A stretch of DNA of 64,000 nt, from contig ASPF01000012.1 in assembly GCA_000405685.1 (NCBI GenBank), forward strand, positions 14,326-78,325, in the 5' to 3' direction. Positions within the stretch are counted from its first letter, which is position 1. Each line of letters starts with the position of its first letter. A model generated the notes under the pieces. That model was not told the DNA's origin and did not search any database. It worked only from the letters and a program-made list of their open reading frames with translations. A program made the translations under genes and the position numbers. The stretch is from Candidatus Geocrenenecus sp. JGI 0000106-J15 (GTDB lineage: Archaea > Thermoproteota > Nitrososphaeria_A > Caldarchaeales > Wolframiiraptoraceae). This document shows positions 29,422 to 40,749 of the stretch, piece after piece.

Positions 29422-30632
29422 TTATGAGCATGCAGTCTCATAGAAATATGAAATAGAAGAGATCTCAGGTCTCTTAAGTAAATATTGACATGGATCGAAG
29501 TAGTATCCTGAAGCGTAAAGTCTAACAGTCCTCGCCAAGTATAGTAGAAACATCAACACATAAGATAGTCTAATCAGATCTGCTGTTAATCTACTATGTA
29601 TTTGAATCTCTCTTAAACCTATCTCAATTAATACTGGTATCACTGGCATGAGGTAAGCGAGATGCCTAAAGAAGTCTATATCTCCTTTAAGTATTAAGAG
29701 ACCTCCTGCTAGAAGTAGTCCAAAGACTGCTTGGCCTAGCATCAATTTGTTTATTTGTTTAAAATAAGTTAACGATATTATCAGAGGAAGTATTCCTAGT
29801 AATCCTAAGAAATGTACAACAAATACAATTAAAAATGTAAAAGAATTTCCAAGACCTATATTTAGATATGCTTGGATATCTTCTGAATGTATCTCCCATG
29901 GAAGTACAGGGGTGATAGCCGTCATAAATGCTCGATAGATTTCTTCAAGCGTTGGAATATGGGGTTGAAAATCAGAATATGATACGCCCCCACTCGCAAT
30001 AACATATAGTTGCCAGCCAACTACTCCAGTAACCCAGCCAGAGGAAACGACTAAGAGATTCTTCTTCTTAAATTTAGGCATAATCAAGAATATAATGATT
30101 AAGAATAGTGGTAGAGCAACAAAACTCTCCCTAGCCAACATGAGCAGTAATGGTATGGAAAAGAGTAAAACTTTATCGTGTATTCTACTCTCATCGCTAA
30201 TTTTCATAAGAATAATCAATAAAGCCGTCATTAAAATGGCTGTAAAAGTATCTACATATGTAGGCTAAACAATAAGTAGATCGATGGAAACATTAATCCA
30301 AAGACATTCAAGGATGACCCATTTAAACGTGCCAAGATACTCTGGAGACCAAAGAACAATGTAGCCAAAGCTAATGGTACTATCTTATAAAATATATCAG
30401 CAATAGCAAGTAACAGATAATATAGTGGAGATCTAACACAAAGTAATATTTTATGACTGTTTGAGATAATTATTTCACCACTACAAACTGGATCGTATGG
30501 AAAACCTGTTGTAGACATAACTTTAGAGGTCCATATAACGATAGCTGGGTCACCGTAGGGAGGCACTATTAGAATTATCATACATAGGAGGATAAAATAT
30601 GTGAGGATTGCTAGTCTATCTATCTGCCACAT
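29422..30632 (-). CDS. GT-C-type (PMT/ArnT-like) multi-TM glycosyltransferase-like membrane protein, apparently split into two adjacent frames (30252..30632 and 29422..30231).
   Basis: Both pieces are polytopic. The upstream piece carries the YGDP..D loop motif typical of GT-C first loops. Only 20 nt separate the ORFs, and they are in different frames. Confidence 0.35.
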
Positions 30633-30859
30633 AATCTATTAATCTCTAAAATTACTATGTTATAATTATTATCTCAATGTCTTCAAGAATTGTTTGAAGT
30701 ATAGCATTATTGATAAAGGTAGAATAATCTGGACTTAAGTATCTGGAGATTTCAACATGGATATCTTTAGTTGGTTCTCCTCCCTCAACTTCTTTAACTC
30801 ATGTCATCTGTATGAGAAAAGTTTAAGAAAATCAGAGAGAATAATTATATAGAGTAGGT

Positions 30860-31216
30860 TTGGGTTTTGTTAAAGTTAAGTTTAGAATTTATAATCCTGC
30901 TGATAGAAGTAAATTCGTAGATGTAGAGGGTATAGTAGATACAGGAGCAATATATGCCGTTGTAAGTAGGAGTTATCTTGAATCGATAGGTCTCAAGCCC
31001 GTAGAAAAAAGAGTATTTAGAGTATTTGGCGGCGAAGTTGAAAGAGAAGTAGGTATAGCAGAGATAGAATTAATGGGTAGAAGAGGCGGGATAACAATAA
31101 TATTCGGTGAGGAGAAGGATATCTCTATTCTAGGAGTGACTGCTCTAGAAGCACTTGGTCTTGAGGTGGATCCGATAAAGAATACTTTAAAAGAATCACA
31201 ATTACTTATGCTATAA
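30860..31216 (+). CDS. Retropepsin-like (clan AA) aspartic protease, second intact paralog, embedded in the glycan locus.
   Basis: VEGIVDTGAIYAVVSRSYL has the DTGA motif. Size 118 aa. It is collinear with the 13543..13908 protein. Confidence 0.65.
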   Translation: MGFVKVKFRIYNPADRSKFVDVEGIVDTGAIYAVVSRSYLESIGLKPVEKRVFRVFGGEVEREVGIAEIELMGRRGGITIIFGEEKDISILGVTALEALGLEVDPIKNTLKESQLLML

Positions 31217-31311
31217 GTCTCTCTAGGAGATGGAGCTTCATAGATTAAAACTAAACTAAGTAGCTCATAGATAGGATAAGGATAGCAACATAGGTCAACC
31301 TTTTTCAATAA

Positions 31312-32427
31312 TTAATTCCTACACAGTACATCACGGTACACTCTAAGATATTTTAATGCGATGTTCTCGGGAGAGAACTCTTTAGCTGATTCTCTAGCTT
31401 TATTCTTCATCTCTTCTCTTAGTTTTTTGTCTTCTAAGAGTAGGAGGATCTTCCGTGAAAGTTCATGCCAATCTCTAGGATTAAATGAGAAACCGTTTAA
31501 ACCTTCCCTAACAATCTCTCTTAATCCACCTACTCTAGATACTATTATTGGTAGACCCGATGCGAGAGCTTCAGCTGCAACCATACCAAAAGGTTCATAG
31601 ATAGATGGTAAAACGAAAACTGCTCCATCTTCAAGTATCTTCTCTACATCAGGTCTAAAGCCTTGAAATTCTACATTATCTAATATAGATAATTTTCCAG
31701 CTAATGCTACCAGTTCTTTTTCTTGACTTCCTCCACCAACTATTACTAGCTTAACGTCTGTTTTCTTCTTTAGGATCTCAGATGCAGCGATAATCAAAGT
31801 CTCAATATTTTTTGCTTTCTCGAATCTAGCTATACAGACTATGTTTAAGCCCTGTGCTGTAATGCTTGAAAATCTTTCATAATCTATAGGATTTGGTATA
31901 CCAGCAGCTCTGAAACCATACTTCTTTAAGTGATCCGCCATCCAATTACTACAACCAACGATCTTATCGGCTAGCTTCAACCCAATATTCCATGAAAATT
32001 TTAATAACAATTTATCGAGAAGACCATAACTATGAGGTGAGATAGATATCTCAAGATTCGGGTCGCCTTCAACTGTATAAACCAGCTTTCTCTTAAGAAG
32101 TTTAGCTGCTAAACCAACTACTAAAGCCTCCTTAGTCCCATGACAATGAACAATATCAATATTGTATTTCTTGATCACCTTGAGAGAAGAAAAGAATAAC
32201 CAAACCCAGTATGATAAACTCTTAAAATAAAACTTTGATAAAGATATTTCGACCTTCTTCTCTTTAAGTCTCTGATAGAGTCTTAGATATTCTCTTCTAG
32301 GGATCGTAGATAAGAGGACCGGCTCAATACTATGTGATGTCAGCCCAAGCATAAGATGAAGCATGGCCATAGTTGCTCCACCAATATGGCTACCTGAAGC
32401 AGTAAATAGAACCCTTGTCTTCCTCAT
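31312..32427 (-). CDS. GT4-family (GT-B fold) glycosyltransferase.
   Basis: C-terminal EPFGMVAAEALASGLPIIVSRVGGLREIV is the E-x7-E/GT4 signature. Confidence 0.8.
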   Translation of the reverse strand: MRKTRVLFTASGSHIGGATMAMLHLMLGLTSHSIEPVLLSTIPRREYLRLYQRLKEKKVEISLSKFYFKSLSYWVWLFFSSLKVIKKYNIDIVHCHGTKEALVVGLAAKLLKRKLVYTVEGDPNLEISISPHSYGLLDKLLLKFSWNIGLKLADKIVGCSNWMADHLKKYGFRAAGIPNPIDYERFSSITAQGLNIVCIARFEKAKNIETLIIAASEILKKKTDVKLVIVGGGSQEKELVALAGKLSILDNVEFQGFRPDVEKILEDGAVFVLPSIYEPFGMVAAEALASGLPIIVSRVGGLREIVREGLNGFSFNPRDWHELSRKILLLLEDKKLREEMKNKARESAKEFSPENIALKYLRVYRDVLCRN

Positions 32428-32528
32428 CCCTTAATCATCATCCTTATCCATTAACATAAACTTAATTTATACTATCTATGAATCTTATACTTGTTTATAT
32501 AGAGCAGCTAATTTACCGTTAAGATAGA

Positions 32529-33677
32529 ATGATTAGAGTAATGACATTCGTTAGACGTATAGCAGGCCTCCTTGAACCATCGCTAGAATCAGAATTCTAT
32601 GAAGAATTTACTGAACTCTCAAAATATCTAGAATTAATTGTCGTATCAGACATGGTAGATTCGATGACTCATAATTTTAAAGTACATAAAGCACGGACTA
32701 TTAGAATCCCAAAGATATATGGCATATCCAAGATAATTTCATACTGCTATGCAGTATTCAAGTACAGGAAGGAGATAGATATCTTGTATGTTAGAACTTT
32801 TAGCCCACCTGAGATAATCGCATTAATATTTAGTAAAAAACTTTTAAGGAAAAAATCAGTACTATTGATACCTGGTACATGGATATTCGAGCCTCCGACG
32901 TTTAAGAATAGAATATTTAAATGGATTTTCCTGAAGGCAGTTAATGCAGCAGATGTGTTAATACTCTATACGCCGCTAATGCTCCCTGAATTATGTAAAC
33001 ACTTTCCAGTTTTTAATAATTTTAGAGGAAAAATAACATATATCCATAATGGTGTCAATATCGAAAGATTCACCTTAGGTGTACCAGATGCAACCATATT
33101 ATCGAGATACTCAATACCATTGACTAAGAAGATTATATTATTTGTTGGAAGAGTATCTTCTAGAAAGGGGGTAATCGACCTTGTTAAAGCATTTTCAATT
33201 GTTAAGAAGAATATAGACGAGGTAATGCTCTTAATAGTGGGTAAGGAAGAAGCTAAGTATGGAGAGAAAGTCAAAAGAGTTATACAAGAACTCAATATAG
33301 CGGATTCTACTCTATTGTTTGGACCTATTCCCAATAAAGAGGTAGTGGAGATACTGAAAAAATGTGATCTATTTGTATATCCATCGGTAGGAGGTGAAGG
33401 TATTCCTAGAGCTATAATCGAGGCAATGGCTTGCGGTAAACCCGTTGTTGCAACAAACATAGCAGGTATACCCGAAGTTGTTAAGAATGGGGAAACAGGC
33501 TTTTTAGTCGAGGTAGGAGACTATCAATCTCTTGCTCTATATATCATGAACATATTAAGAAATGAAGAACTAGCGAGGACACTAGGGATTAATGCAAGAA
33601 GACTTGTTGAAAGGGAATTTAGCTATGAGGTAGTTATTCCAGAATTAGTTAAAACTTTTAAGACTATAATTAGATGA
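32529..33677 (+). CDS. GT4-family glycosyltransferase.
   Basis: EGIPRAIIEAMACGKPVVATNIAGIPEVV signature. Size 382 aa. Confidence 0.8.
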   Translation: MIRVMTFVRRIAGLLEPSLESEFYEEFTELSKYLELIVVSDMVDSMTHNFKVHKARTIRIPKIYGISKIISYCYAVFKYRKEIDILYVRTFSPPEIIALIFSKKLLRKKSVLLIPGTWIFEPPTFKNRIFKWIFLKAVNAADVLILYTPLMLPELCKHFPVFNNFRGKITYIHNGVNIERFTLGVPDATILSRYSIPLTKKIILFVGRVSSRKGVIDLVKAFSIVKKNIDEVMLLIVGKEEAKYGEKVKRVIQELNIADSTLLFGPIPNKEVVEILKKCDLFVYPSVGGEGIPRAIIEAMACGKPVVATNIAGIPEVVKNGETGFLVEVGDYQSLALYIMNILRNEELARTLGINARRLVEREFSYEVVIPELVKTFKTIIR

Positions 33678-33686
33678 TGCTATTGA

Positions 33687-34652
33687 ATGAAAGTACTAAT
33701 GGTCGGTAGAAGAAAATCTATAGCATTTGATGAATTAAAAAAATACTGGGGCGAAGTTATCTTCTCGTCGCCACCTCGAATTCCTCTGAAAAAATATGAT
33801 CTTATAATAGCACAAGAACCGACACTTAGGATAGGCCCAATTGCTTATCTTACAGCAAAGATATGCAGGGGAAAATTCATTGTGGAAGTTCATGGAGAGT
33901 ATATTGAAGGCTGGCTTAAAGGTGTACAGAAAACTGCGTCTGTTTTTGTATTAAAGAATGCTGACTTTGTTAGAGCAGTTAACAATAATATTGCTAATCA
34001 ATTAAGACGAATCAGTATTAAAAAAATACTGGTGATACCATCAGTTTATGTAAGAACAGACATCCTTAAAATAATGAAAAATCAAACGGAGAGAGAAAAG
34101 ATAGTATTGTATGCTGGTAGAATAGCTCCAGAGAAGAATTTACCTCTCTTAATACAGTCCTTTAAACATGTTATTAAAGAAGAACGAACAGCTAAACTGC
34201 TAATTATTGGTGAAGGTCCAGAGAAAGCTAAACTCACCAAGCTAATAAAAGAATACAATCTAGATGGAGCGGTAACTTTGTTAGACAAATGGCTAAGCTT
34301 AGAGGAATTAGCAATTTACTATAATGAAGCAGCAATATTTGTTTTAACCTCATTATATGAAGGAGGCCCACGAGTAATCTTCGAAGCAGGCGCATGTGGA
34401 ACACCATTCATATCAACTCCAGTAGGAATACTGTCTGAATTAGTAAGCGATGGAGAATGTGGTTACTTCCTGAACAATCCAGATCCGAAAGAATTGGCTG
34501 AGAAGATCTTACTATTGCTTGATCAACCAGATTTAAGACAGAAGATGGGAGAGACCTTTAGGAGAATAATAATTGAGAAATTTGAATGGAGCAAAGCAAT
34601 AAGAAGATATGCGGAAGCATATATTAAGGTTCTTAAAGAGGATAAAACTTAA
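33687..34652 (+). CDS. GT4-family glycosyltransferase.
   Basis: EGGPRVIFEAGACGTPFISTPVGILSELV signature. Confidence 0.75.
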   Translation: MKVLMVGRRKSIAFDELKKYWGEVIFSSPPRIPLKKYDLIIAQEPTLRIGPIAYLTAKICRGKFIVEVHGEYIEGWLKGVQKTASVFVLKNADFVRAVNNNIANQLRRISIKKILVIPSVYVRTDILKIMKNQTEREKIVLYAGRIAPEKNLPLLIQSFKHVIKEERTAKLLIIGEGPEKAKLTKLIKEYNLDGAVTLLDKWLSLEELAIYYNEAAIFVLTSLYEGGPRVIFEAGACGTPFISTPVGILSELVSDGECGYFLNNPDPKELAEKILLLLDQPDLRQKMGETFRRIIIEKFEWSKAIRRYAEAYIKVLKEDKT

Positions 34653-34691
34653 CTGAACATTAAAGAACAGACTCATTTTCGATTTGATTAC

Positions 34692-35813
34692 TTATGAAAT
34701 TCCCGCTAGTAGCGAGCTTTCTGCAAATATATAGATATCCCACGGAGGAGAGAACCTTCCAAGATGATAATATACATAAAATATAGATAGTGTTAAATTT
34801 AGTACATATATGGTTATCCTTAATATGTTTATAGAGAGCATGTTCAGAAACGGTTTACTGTGTAGAGCCTTTATTATCTCTTCTAGTCCTATGCCTGCCA
34901 GAGGCATAGTTGCATAGAATGTTACTACACCTATTCTCAAGTCTCTGAAAGGCCATAATAGATATGAGATGAAAGCAGGTATCAACAGGGAAAAGAATAT
35001 GAGATTCTGTCTTCTATCATTGAGATTGAAGAAACCTATAATTAATGCTAAAATAGCAAAGGGAAAGTGGCTAAGAGCTATTGCTTTCGATATGTCAACT
35101 AAATCAGCATAGAATAATACACCATATCTCTCTTGACTATATTGTAAACCAGCTCTAAGATAATGGGTCCAATAATTCTCACCTATCCAAAATGTTGTGA
35201 ATATCTGCCAACAGATTACTGGTAAGACTAGAAAGATAACATATAGTATTGTTTTCCTAAGGTTCTTGTTAACTAGACTTAATAGAAGTATTGAGAAAAC
35301 TACTGGTAGAGTTGATTCTTTAGCAAGTAGACCTATACCACTTAGAATCGAGAGAACATAGTAGTGATTAGTGTTTGATGATTTAATGAACTGTAGATAG
35401 AGCCATAAGATGAGTAAAGTGAAGAAGGTGCTTCCCGCTTCTAACATTACGGAACCAAAATATAGAAGAGCTGGTGGACTAACGCACAAGAGGATTGAGG
35501 CATTGAAAGCAATACTACGTGACCTCGTTATCTCAAGAGTTATGAAATATGTTAGAAATGTGGAGCCAATCCATAAAATTATGTTAACAACTCCGTATGC
35601 AATAGGGATCCATAGGAGGGTTGCTAAGGGGGAGGCAATCAAAGGTATTAAAGGACGTGCTGATAGCCAACCTGCAGGTGGATATGGAGATATCCCTAGA
35701 AAGTATCTTGTTAAATGGATGTAGATCTTTGAGTCGCTATACACTATACCGAAGAACAATATAGAGCAGAAAACTGTTATAGCCCCTAGAGTTAAGATAT
35801 ATTTTCTGTCCAT
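34692..35813 (-). CDS. Polytopic membrane protein; candidate Wzy-like polymerase or GT-C glycosyltransferase of the glycan locus.
   Basis: Around 10 predicted TM segments. Located among GT4 genes and a flippase. Confidence 0.4.
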   Translation of the reverse strand: MDRKYILTLGAITVFCSILFFGIVYSDSKIYIHLTRYFLGISPYPPAGWLSARPLIPLIASPLATLLWIPIAYGVVNIILWIGSTFLTYFITLEITRSRSIAFNASILLCVSPPALLYFGSVMLEAGSTFFTLLILWLYLQFIKSSNTNHYYVLSILSGIGLLAKESTLPVVFSILLLSLVNKNLRKTILYVIFLVLPVICWQIFTTFWIGENYWTHYLRAGLQYSQERYGVLFYADLVDISKAIALSHFPFAILALIIGFFNLNDRRQNLIFFSLLIPAFISYLLWPFRDLRIGVVTFYATMPLAGIGLEEIIKALHSKPFLNMLSINILRITIYVLNLTLSIFYVYYHLGRFSPPWDIYIFAESSLLAGIS

Positions 35814-35951
35814 GATTGTTACCCCGAAGGGTATGGAGCGTGTAAAATTTAAAGCTTGAGTTAATTTTTAGTTATTTATCTCATGAATCGCTAAACAGAA
35901 TTTTAAAATACTTGTTGACCTGTTTCTTTACGTCGAAATCTTTAGCTCTCT

Positions 35952-37078
35952 CTAGAGCTTTTTCCTATATTCTTCAAGTTTCACTGGATTTTTTAAGAGT
36001 TTGATTATTTCAGCCGCCCAGAGTTCTTCTTGCCAAGTTAAGGGTTCTCTAGCTGTATATCTTTTACCATCCATTACAGGCATTAGTATACCATATTCAC
36101 CATACTCTGGCTTTGTAAGTCTACTTACTTTATACTGTGTTCTTGGAGCAAGTATCTCTCTAGGTCCTGAGAGACAATCTGCTGAAATAACGGGCAAGCC
36201 GCATGCAAGCGCTTCTAGAACCACATTTGGAAAACCCTCCCAAAGTGATGTAAGACAGAAAAGCGTGCTTCGACGCAAGTATTTAAATGGATTATCTTGC
36301 CAGCCCAGAAAGAGAACTTTCCCACTTAATCCAAGGTTAGAGACCAGCTCTTTAAGATATTCCTCTAATTCACCATGCCCACGAATTACTAACTGGTCTT
36401 AGGTAATGCTTCGTTTACCTTTTTAAACAACCGGATTAAATACCATTGACCTTTTTGATGTACCATACGACCAATGTTAATAATCACTGGATTAGAGAAA
36501 AAGTAGTCATATTTTTCATCTAGTTCTTCAGAGGCTAACTTATTTATCAATGAAACATCAACAGGGTTATGGATGACTTCGATTTTCCAGTCTGGTAAGC
36601 CGAACTTTTTTATCAACTTATATTTTATTGGATATGATACGACGATGACTTTCTTTATCAATAGTTTCGTGGCAAGAGATACAAGGAATCTAAAAAATAT
36701 TTTATGGTGAGGGCGCTTCATATACGGTTCAAAAAAGTAGTTGTGTATAGCGTAGAATCTGCCCTTACATTTGTTAAATAAGGTGAATGTTAGTCCTTGA
36801 CCTGTGGGAGATAACAATATAGCATCAGGTCTTGTTTTAGAAAGTAAACGATTGAATCTAATAAACACTTTGAATGCTTCGAAAATATTATTATAATCGC
36901 CAATATGATAGATTGGATGTTTAATGGGATAGGTAACAGACTTTTTGAATAATATAATGTAAACAGCTATATGTTCAGGAGCATGTAATGATAGCCATGA
37001 CACAATTCTTTCAGCTCCACCGAATGATAACTTAGGAGATATTATTACCAATTTTCTCTCTTTGTTTCTATTTTCCAT
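35952..37078 (-). pseudogene. GT4 glycosyltransferase split by a single frameshift (N-terminal ORF 36389..37078, C-terminal ORF 35952..36278).
   Basis: The N-terminal piece ends ...LFKKVNEALPKTS*. The other frame continues DQLVIRGHGELEEYLKELVSNLGLSGKVLFLGWQDNPFKYLRRSTLFCLTSLWEGFPNVVLEALACGLPVIS, which is the GT4 C-terminal signature. The junction lies at T5/A4 runs near 36380-36400. Confidence 0.6.
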
Positions 37079-37123
37079 AGTAACTTTCTATACTAGAACT
37101 CATATAAAAGACTAGCTTGCTAA

Positions 37124-38578
37124 TTAATCTGTCAGATAGAAGAGTTTTCGAGTTGTTTCTTGTAAGAATGTTTTTATTAATCTTCTACTTTCCTTATCTA
37201 TTAAATATAAGCTTACGAAAAAGATCGTCGATGCTATTGCTATCGCAAAGAGAGTTGAGACAGTTCTTATCGGTTCGAACAAGATCAAGTAAATAGCCAT
37301 TGGAATACATGCTATTGTCGTGATACCCACATCCTTTAAGATCTTCGTAAGATTAAGATACTCTATGCACATTATGGATAGTATTGTAAAAGATATTGAG
37401 GCCACTATTAAACGTGCTAATGCAGCTCCAAGCGTCCCAATCCATGGTATCGTTATGATTGATAATACTATTAGTGTTGCTGTTGTACTATAATCAATTA
37501 ATGTTAATTTAAAGAGTTTGCTTCTTAATAGTGTCTTAGAATCTACTTTCAAGCTATAGTCTATTTTTTCTAAGCCAGATATGACTCCATATAGGATGGT
37601 TGAGTAAGATGTTAGAACTGCGGAAGACAAGAGTGGCCAGAGTATCCGTGCACTATCTCTATATATGGGACCGAATATCCCGAACAATTCTCTTGAGAGT
37701 ATTATACCTCCGATAAGCATTGGAACAACAAATATCGTAACAAACTTCATTATTGAGCTGACTTCTTCTCTGGATGTAGAAGTCTTAGATAAAACACTCA
37801 TAGTAAATGGTAGAGATAGTTGAGAAGAAGTCCTAACAGCGTTTGAGATTGTTACTCCTACTCCATAGGTAGATAGTTGTAATGGTGAGAGAAGCGTTCC
37901 AATCAAGAACTGGTCTGAAGCACTATTTACATATCCTACTGCAGACTGTATAGTCGGAAGCCAGAAATGTCTAATTCTACTCTTTAGCCAATCTTTATCA
38001 AAGCTTTTTTCAATCTCTCCCCTGATCGCATAAATACCATATATTACGTAGACGAGGTTAGCGATAACAACTGCAACCAATACTCCTGTTAACCCGTGTG
38101 GAAGAAGATACAACCCGATAGGTATCTTCAAACCATCAATTAAAGGAACCCTCCAACCCACCTTCTGAGGATATCTAACATACATTATAGAATTGATAGA
38201 TGATGATGCATAGTAGATCGGGATAAGCAGTGAAGCCACTATGAAAGGATGGATAGATGCCTGGGATAATTTGGATAAAATCCCAGATAGAGATAAGAAA
38301 ATTAATGTTAACGGTATCGATATTACTGTTGATGATATAATTGAAGTCTTAGCGATTAACCTTCCTCTAGCGAAATCTCTCGTCGCCCAAAATGGTAAAA
38401 CCTTAACAAGAAACTCAAAATACGTTATTATGCTACCGATGTAGAACCATAAACCAAGATCACTCTGTGTAAGATTCCTAGAGATCAAGACAATGAAGAT
38501 GAAGCCGAAAAGAAATGACAACAGATTACTTGTAAAAAGTATAAACCCGCTGAGCCTAACCCTGATCCTCGAGGTCAT
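37124..38578 (-). CDS. Wzx-like polysaccharide/oligosaccharide flippase (MOP superfamily).
   Basis: Size 484 aa with ~12-14 TM helices and typical polysaccharide-biosynthesis-protein topology. Confidence 0.65.
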   Translation of the reverse strand: MTSRIRVRLSGFILFTSNLLSFLFGFIFIVLISRNLTQSDLGLWFYIGSIITYFEFLVKVLPFWATRDFARGRLIAKTSIISSTVISIPLTLIFLSLSGILSKLSQASIHPFIVASLLIPIYYASSSINSIMYVRYPQKVGWRVPLIDGLKIPIGLYLLPHGLTGVLVAVVIANLVYVIYGIYAIRGEIEKSFDKDWLKSRIRHFWLPTIQSAVGYVNSASDQFLIGTLLSPLQLSTYGVGVTISNAVRTSSQLSLPFTMSVLSKTSTSREEVSSIMKFVTIFVVPMLIGGIILSRELFGIFGPIYRDSARILWPLLSSAVLTSYSTILYGVISGLEKIDYSLKVDSKTLLRSKLFKLTLIDYSTTATLIVLSIITIPWIGTLGAALARLIVASISFTILSIMCIEYLNLTKILKDVGITTIACIPMAIYLILFEPIRTVSTLFAIAIASTIFFVSLYLIDKESRRLIKTFLQETTRKLFYLTD

Positions 38579-38725
38579 CAGTACAGTCTACCTCTTAGGA
38601 TTCAAATATTTAATACTTCTCCAATACAATAAACATATCTGATACAACAAACATCCATATAAAACGAGTAAGAAGAAAAAACGTAAGATTAACATATATC
38701 TAAATCTTCTCTAATTGTTAGAAAT

Positions 38726-39622
38726 ATGAGAATAGCCACCGCTGTTTCACGCTATCCATTCTATAACTTTAGATACCTGAAATTACTAAACCTAGTAGAA
38801 CCTGATGTCGTTTGGTTATTCGATACCGCTATCCCTTTAACACCATTAATAATAAAACCACCAATAATTCTAGATATTGAGGATCCGAATCTTACTCCGT
38901 TAACTAAGTTTTCTTTAATACGAGACCTTTATCTGATGAGAAACAATCGTGTAAAGAAGATAGTCACTACAACAAAAATTCTAAAAGATAAACTCATGAA
39001 ACTTTATGATATGCCTGAAGATAAGATTGAAGTAATCCCTTACGGTGTGAATCTCGAATTATTCAAACCCACAGACTTACCCGATGAAAACACTATTCTT
39101 TACTATGGTACTTTAGCACCTCATCGTTCGAGATTCCTTGTTAAAGTTGTTGAAGAAGTGTTGAAACGTAGAAGAGATGTAAAGTTTATAATCATAGGCG
39201 ATGTGCCAAGATGGCTGCAAGAATATCTGACCCGCAAAAACTATATAGAAAATATAGTTATGCCTGGATATATTGAGCATGATAAACTTCCTGAATGGAT
39301 TAAAAAAGCTAGAGTCTGTATCTTTACACAAGATATCTCGCTTGGAGGAAGACTATCATTTAAACTATTAGAGTACATGGCCTCTGGAAGACCCACAGTA
39401 GCAACTGATGTTGATGAATCATGGCCTATCAAAGAGTCAGGTGCTGGAATAATTTCACCACTTAATCCTGAGATCTTTGCAGATAATGTAATTAAATTAT
39501 TGGAGGATAAAGTCTTGGCTGTAATGCTTGCTGAGAAAGGTGTAAAATATACTAGACAGTATAATTGGAGCGATATGGTGGCTAGATATGTTAAGCTTAT
39601 AAAAGAAATGACAGAAAACTAA
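38726..39622 (+). CDS. GT4-family glycosyltransferase (short form).
   Basis: ...LEYMASGRPTVATDVDESWPIKESGAGI... signature region. Confidence 0.65.
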   Translation: MRIATAVSRYPFYNFRYLKLLNLVEPDVVWLFDTAIPLTPLIIKPPIILDIEDPNLTPLTKFSLIRDLYLMRNNRVKKIVTTTKILKDKLMKLYDMPEDKIEVIPYGVNLELFKPTDLPDENTILYYGTLAPHRSRFLVKVVEEVLKRRRDVKFIIIGDVPRWLQEYLTRKNYIENIVMPGYIEHDKLPEWIKKARVCIFTQDISLGGRLSFKLLEYMASGRPTVATDVDESWPIKESGAGIISPLNPEIFADNVIKLLEDKVLAVMLAEKGVKYTRQYNWSDMVARYVKLIKEMTEN

Positions 39623-39623
39623 T

Positions 39624-40697
39624 CTAGCTTATCTCCAATTGAAAATTTCTTTCTATTATTTCTTGGAGTTGTTTAGCTCTATGCATTAATGTATGAGTTT
39701 GTATTATCCTGTTATAGCCAGCTTCAGCAACTCTGTTTCTCGCCACATCATCCAACAAATATGTTTCAACATTATCTAAGAATTCTTTCTCATCATCACA
39801 AGCTATAACTTCTTTTCCTACCTCGAAGAGCTCATTGATGCCCGCCACTCTATCGGAGATAAGTAGCTGTCCAGACCCTGGAACCTCGAAGGTTCGTAAA
39901 TTCAGTGCTGTATGACATTTCCTAGAATTATCTCTATGTATATTGATGCAGACCTTTGCCATGTTATGAAACTTATTTAATAACTGTATTGCACACTAGG
40001 AATTATCTTTGCATCCTTAACGTTAAGATTGGCAGTCCAGCCCGATCCTATAATAACGACAGATCTGCGAAAACGTTTTATGAGAGGATATAGATAAGTC
40101 CTATAACCTACTTCTCTATCTCTGAGGTATCTACCAGTAAAAAGTATGTCTATCATCTTCTTACTTTTCCTGATAGGATAGAATAAATTAGTGTCGCAGG
40201 CTAAGGGAAAAAGATAGCATCTACTCCATGCTTTGTCCAGAGCTCACATCCACCTTTTGAATAACACAACAGAAGGCATCTACTGTTGCTCAGATATTGT
40301 GAATACTCTGCGTAAGGAATATTGGGTGAATCAATATCCCACAGAATCATGGGGAAAAGATGTTTTGCCAACTCAACTACTCCTGGATAACTTAATGCGG
40401 TAACACTTAACAAAAGACAATCAAAATTCCTTAGAACGTACTTGACAAAAGAATATCTTTCGGAGAATAATCTTGCATGCCTCAAGCCTCTTCGAAAAGA
40501 TAAGCTATAAACGCTAGGAAAGATAACATTATACATATCAGGAGAATATAACTTGATCCTTTAAGTCCTAAGTATAATATCATTGTAGCCGATAGGATGG
40601 ACCATTATGCTATCATCCAGAAAGGATAGGCTCTGAGCTAAAGACTTTAAAATATAGCTTCCTTTCTCAAAATCGAGTGAGGGGCCAAGAACAGCCA
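39624..40697 (-). pseudogene. CgeB-like (Glyco_trans_1_2) glycosyltransferase broken into at least four pieces by frameshifts/stops.
   Basis: Pieces in order: MKLAVLGPSLDFEKGSYILK... (start ~40697), MYNVIFPS...GVDAIFFP (40201..40536), ...DTNLFYPIRK...VVIIGSGWTANLNVKDAKII.. (start-less), and MAKVCINIHRDNSRKCHTALNLRTFEVPGSGQLLISD...ACDDEKEFLDNVETYLLD...HTLMHRAKQL (39624..39962). Together they match the CgeB-family GT profile. Confidence 0.5.
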
Positions 40698-40749
40698 GCT
40701 TCATTTTAGCTTGATGGAAACTAATATATTGAAGTGACTAATATAGCTT

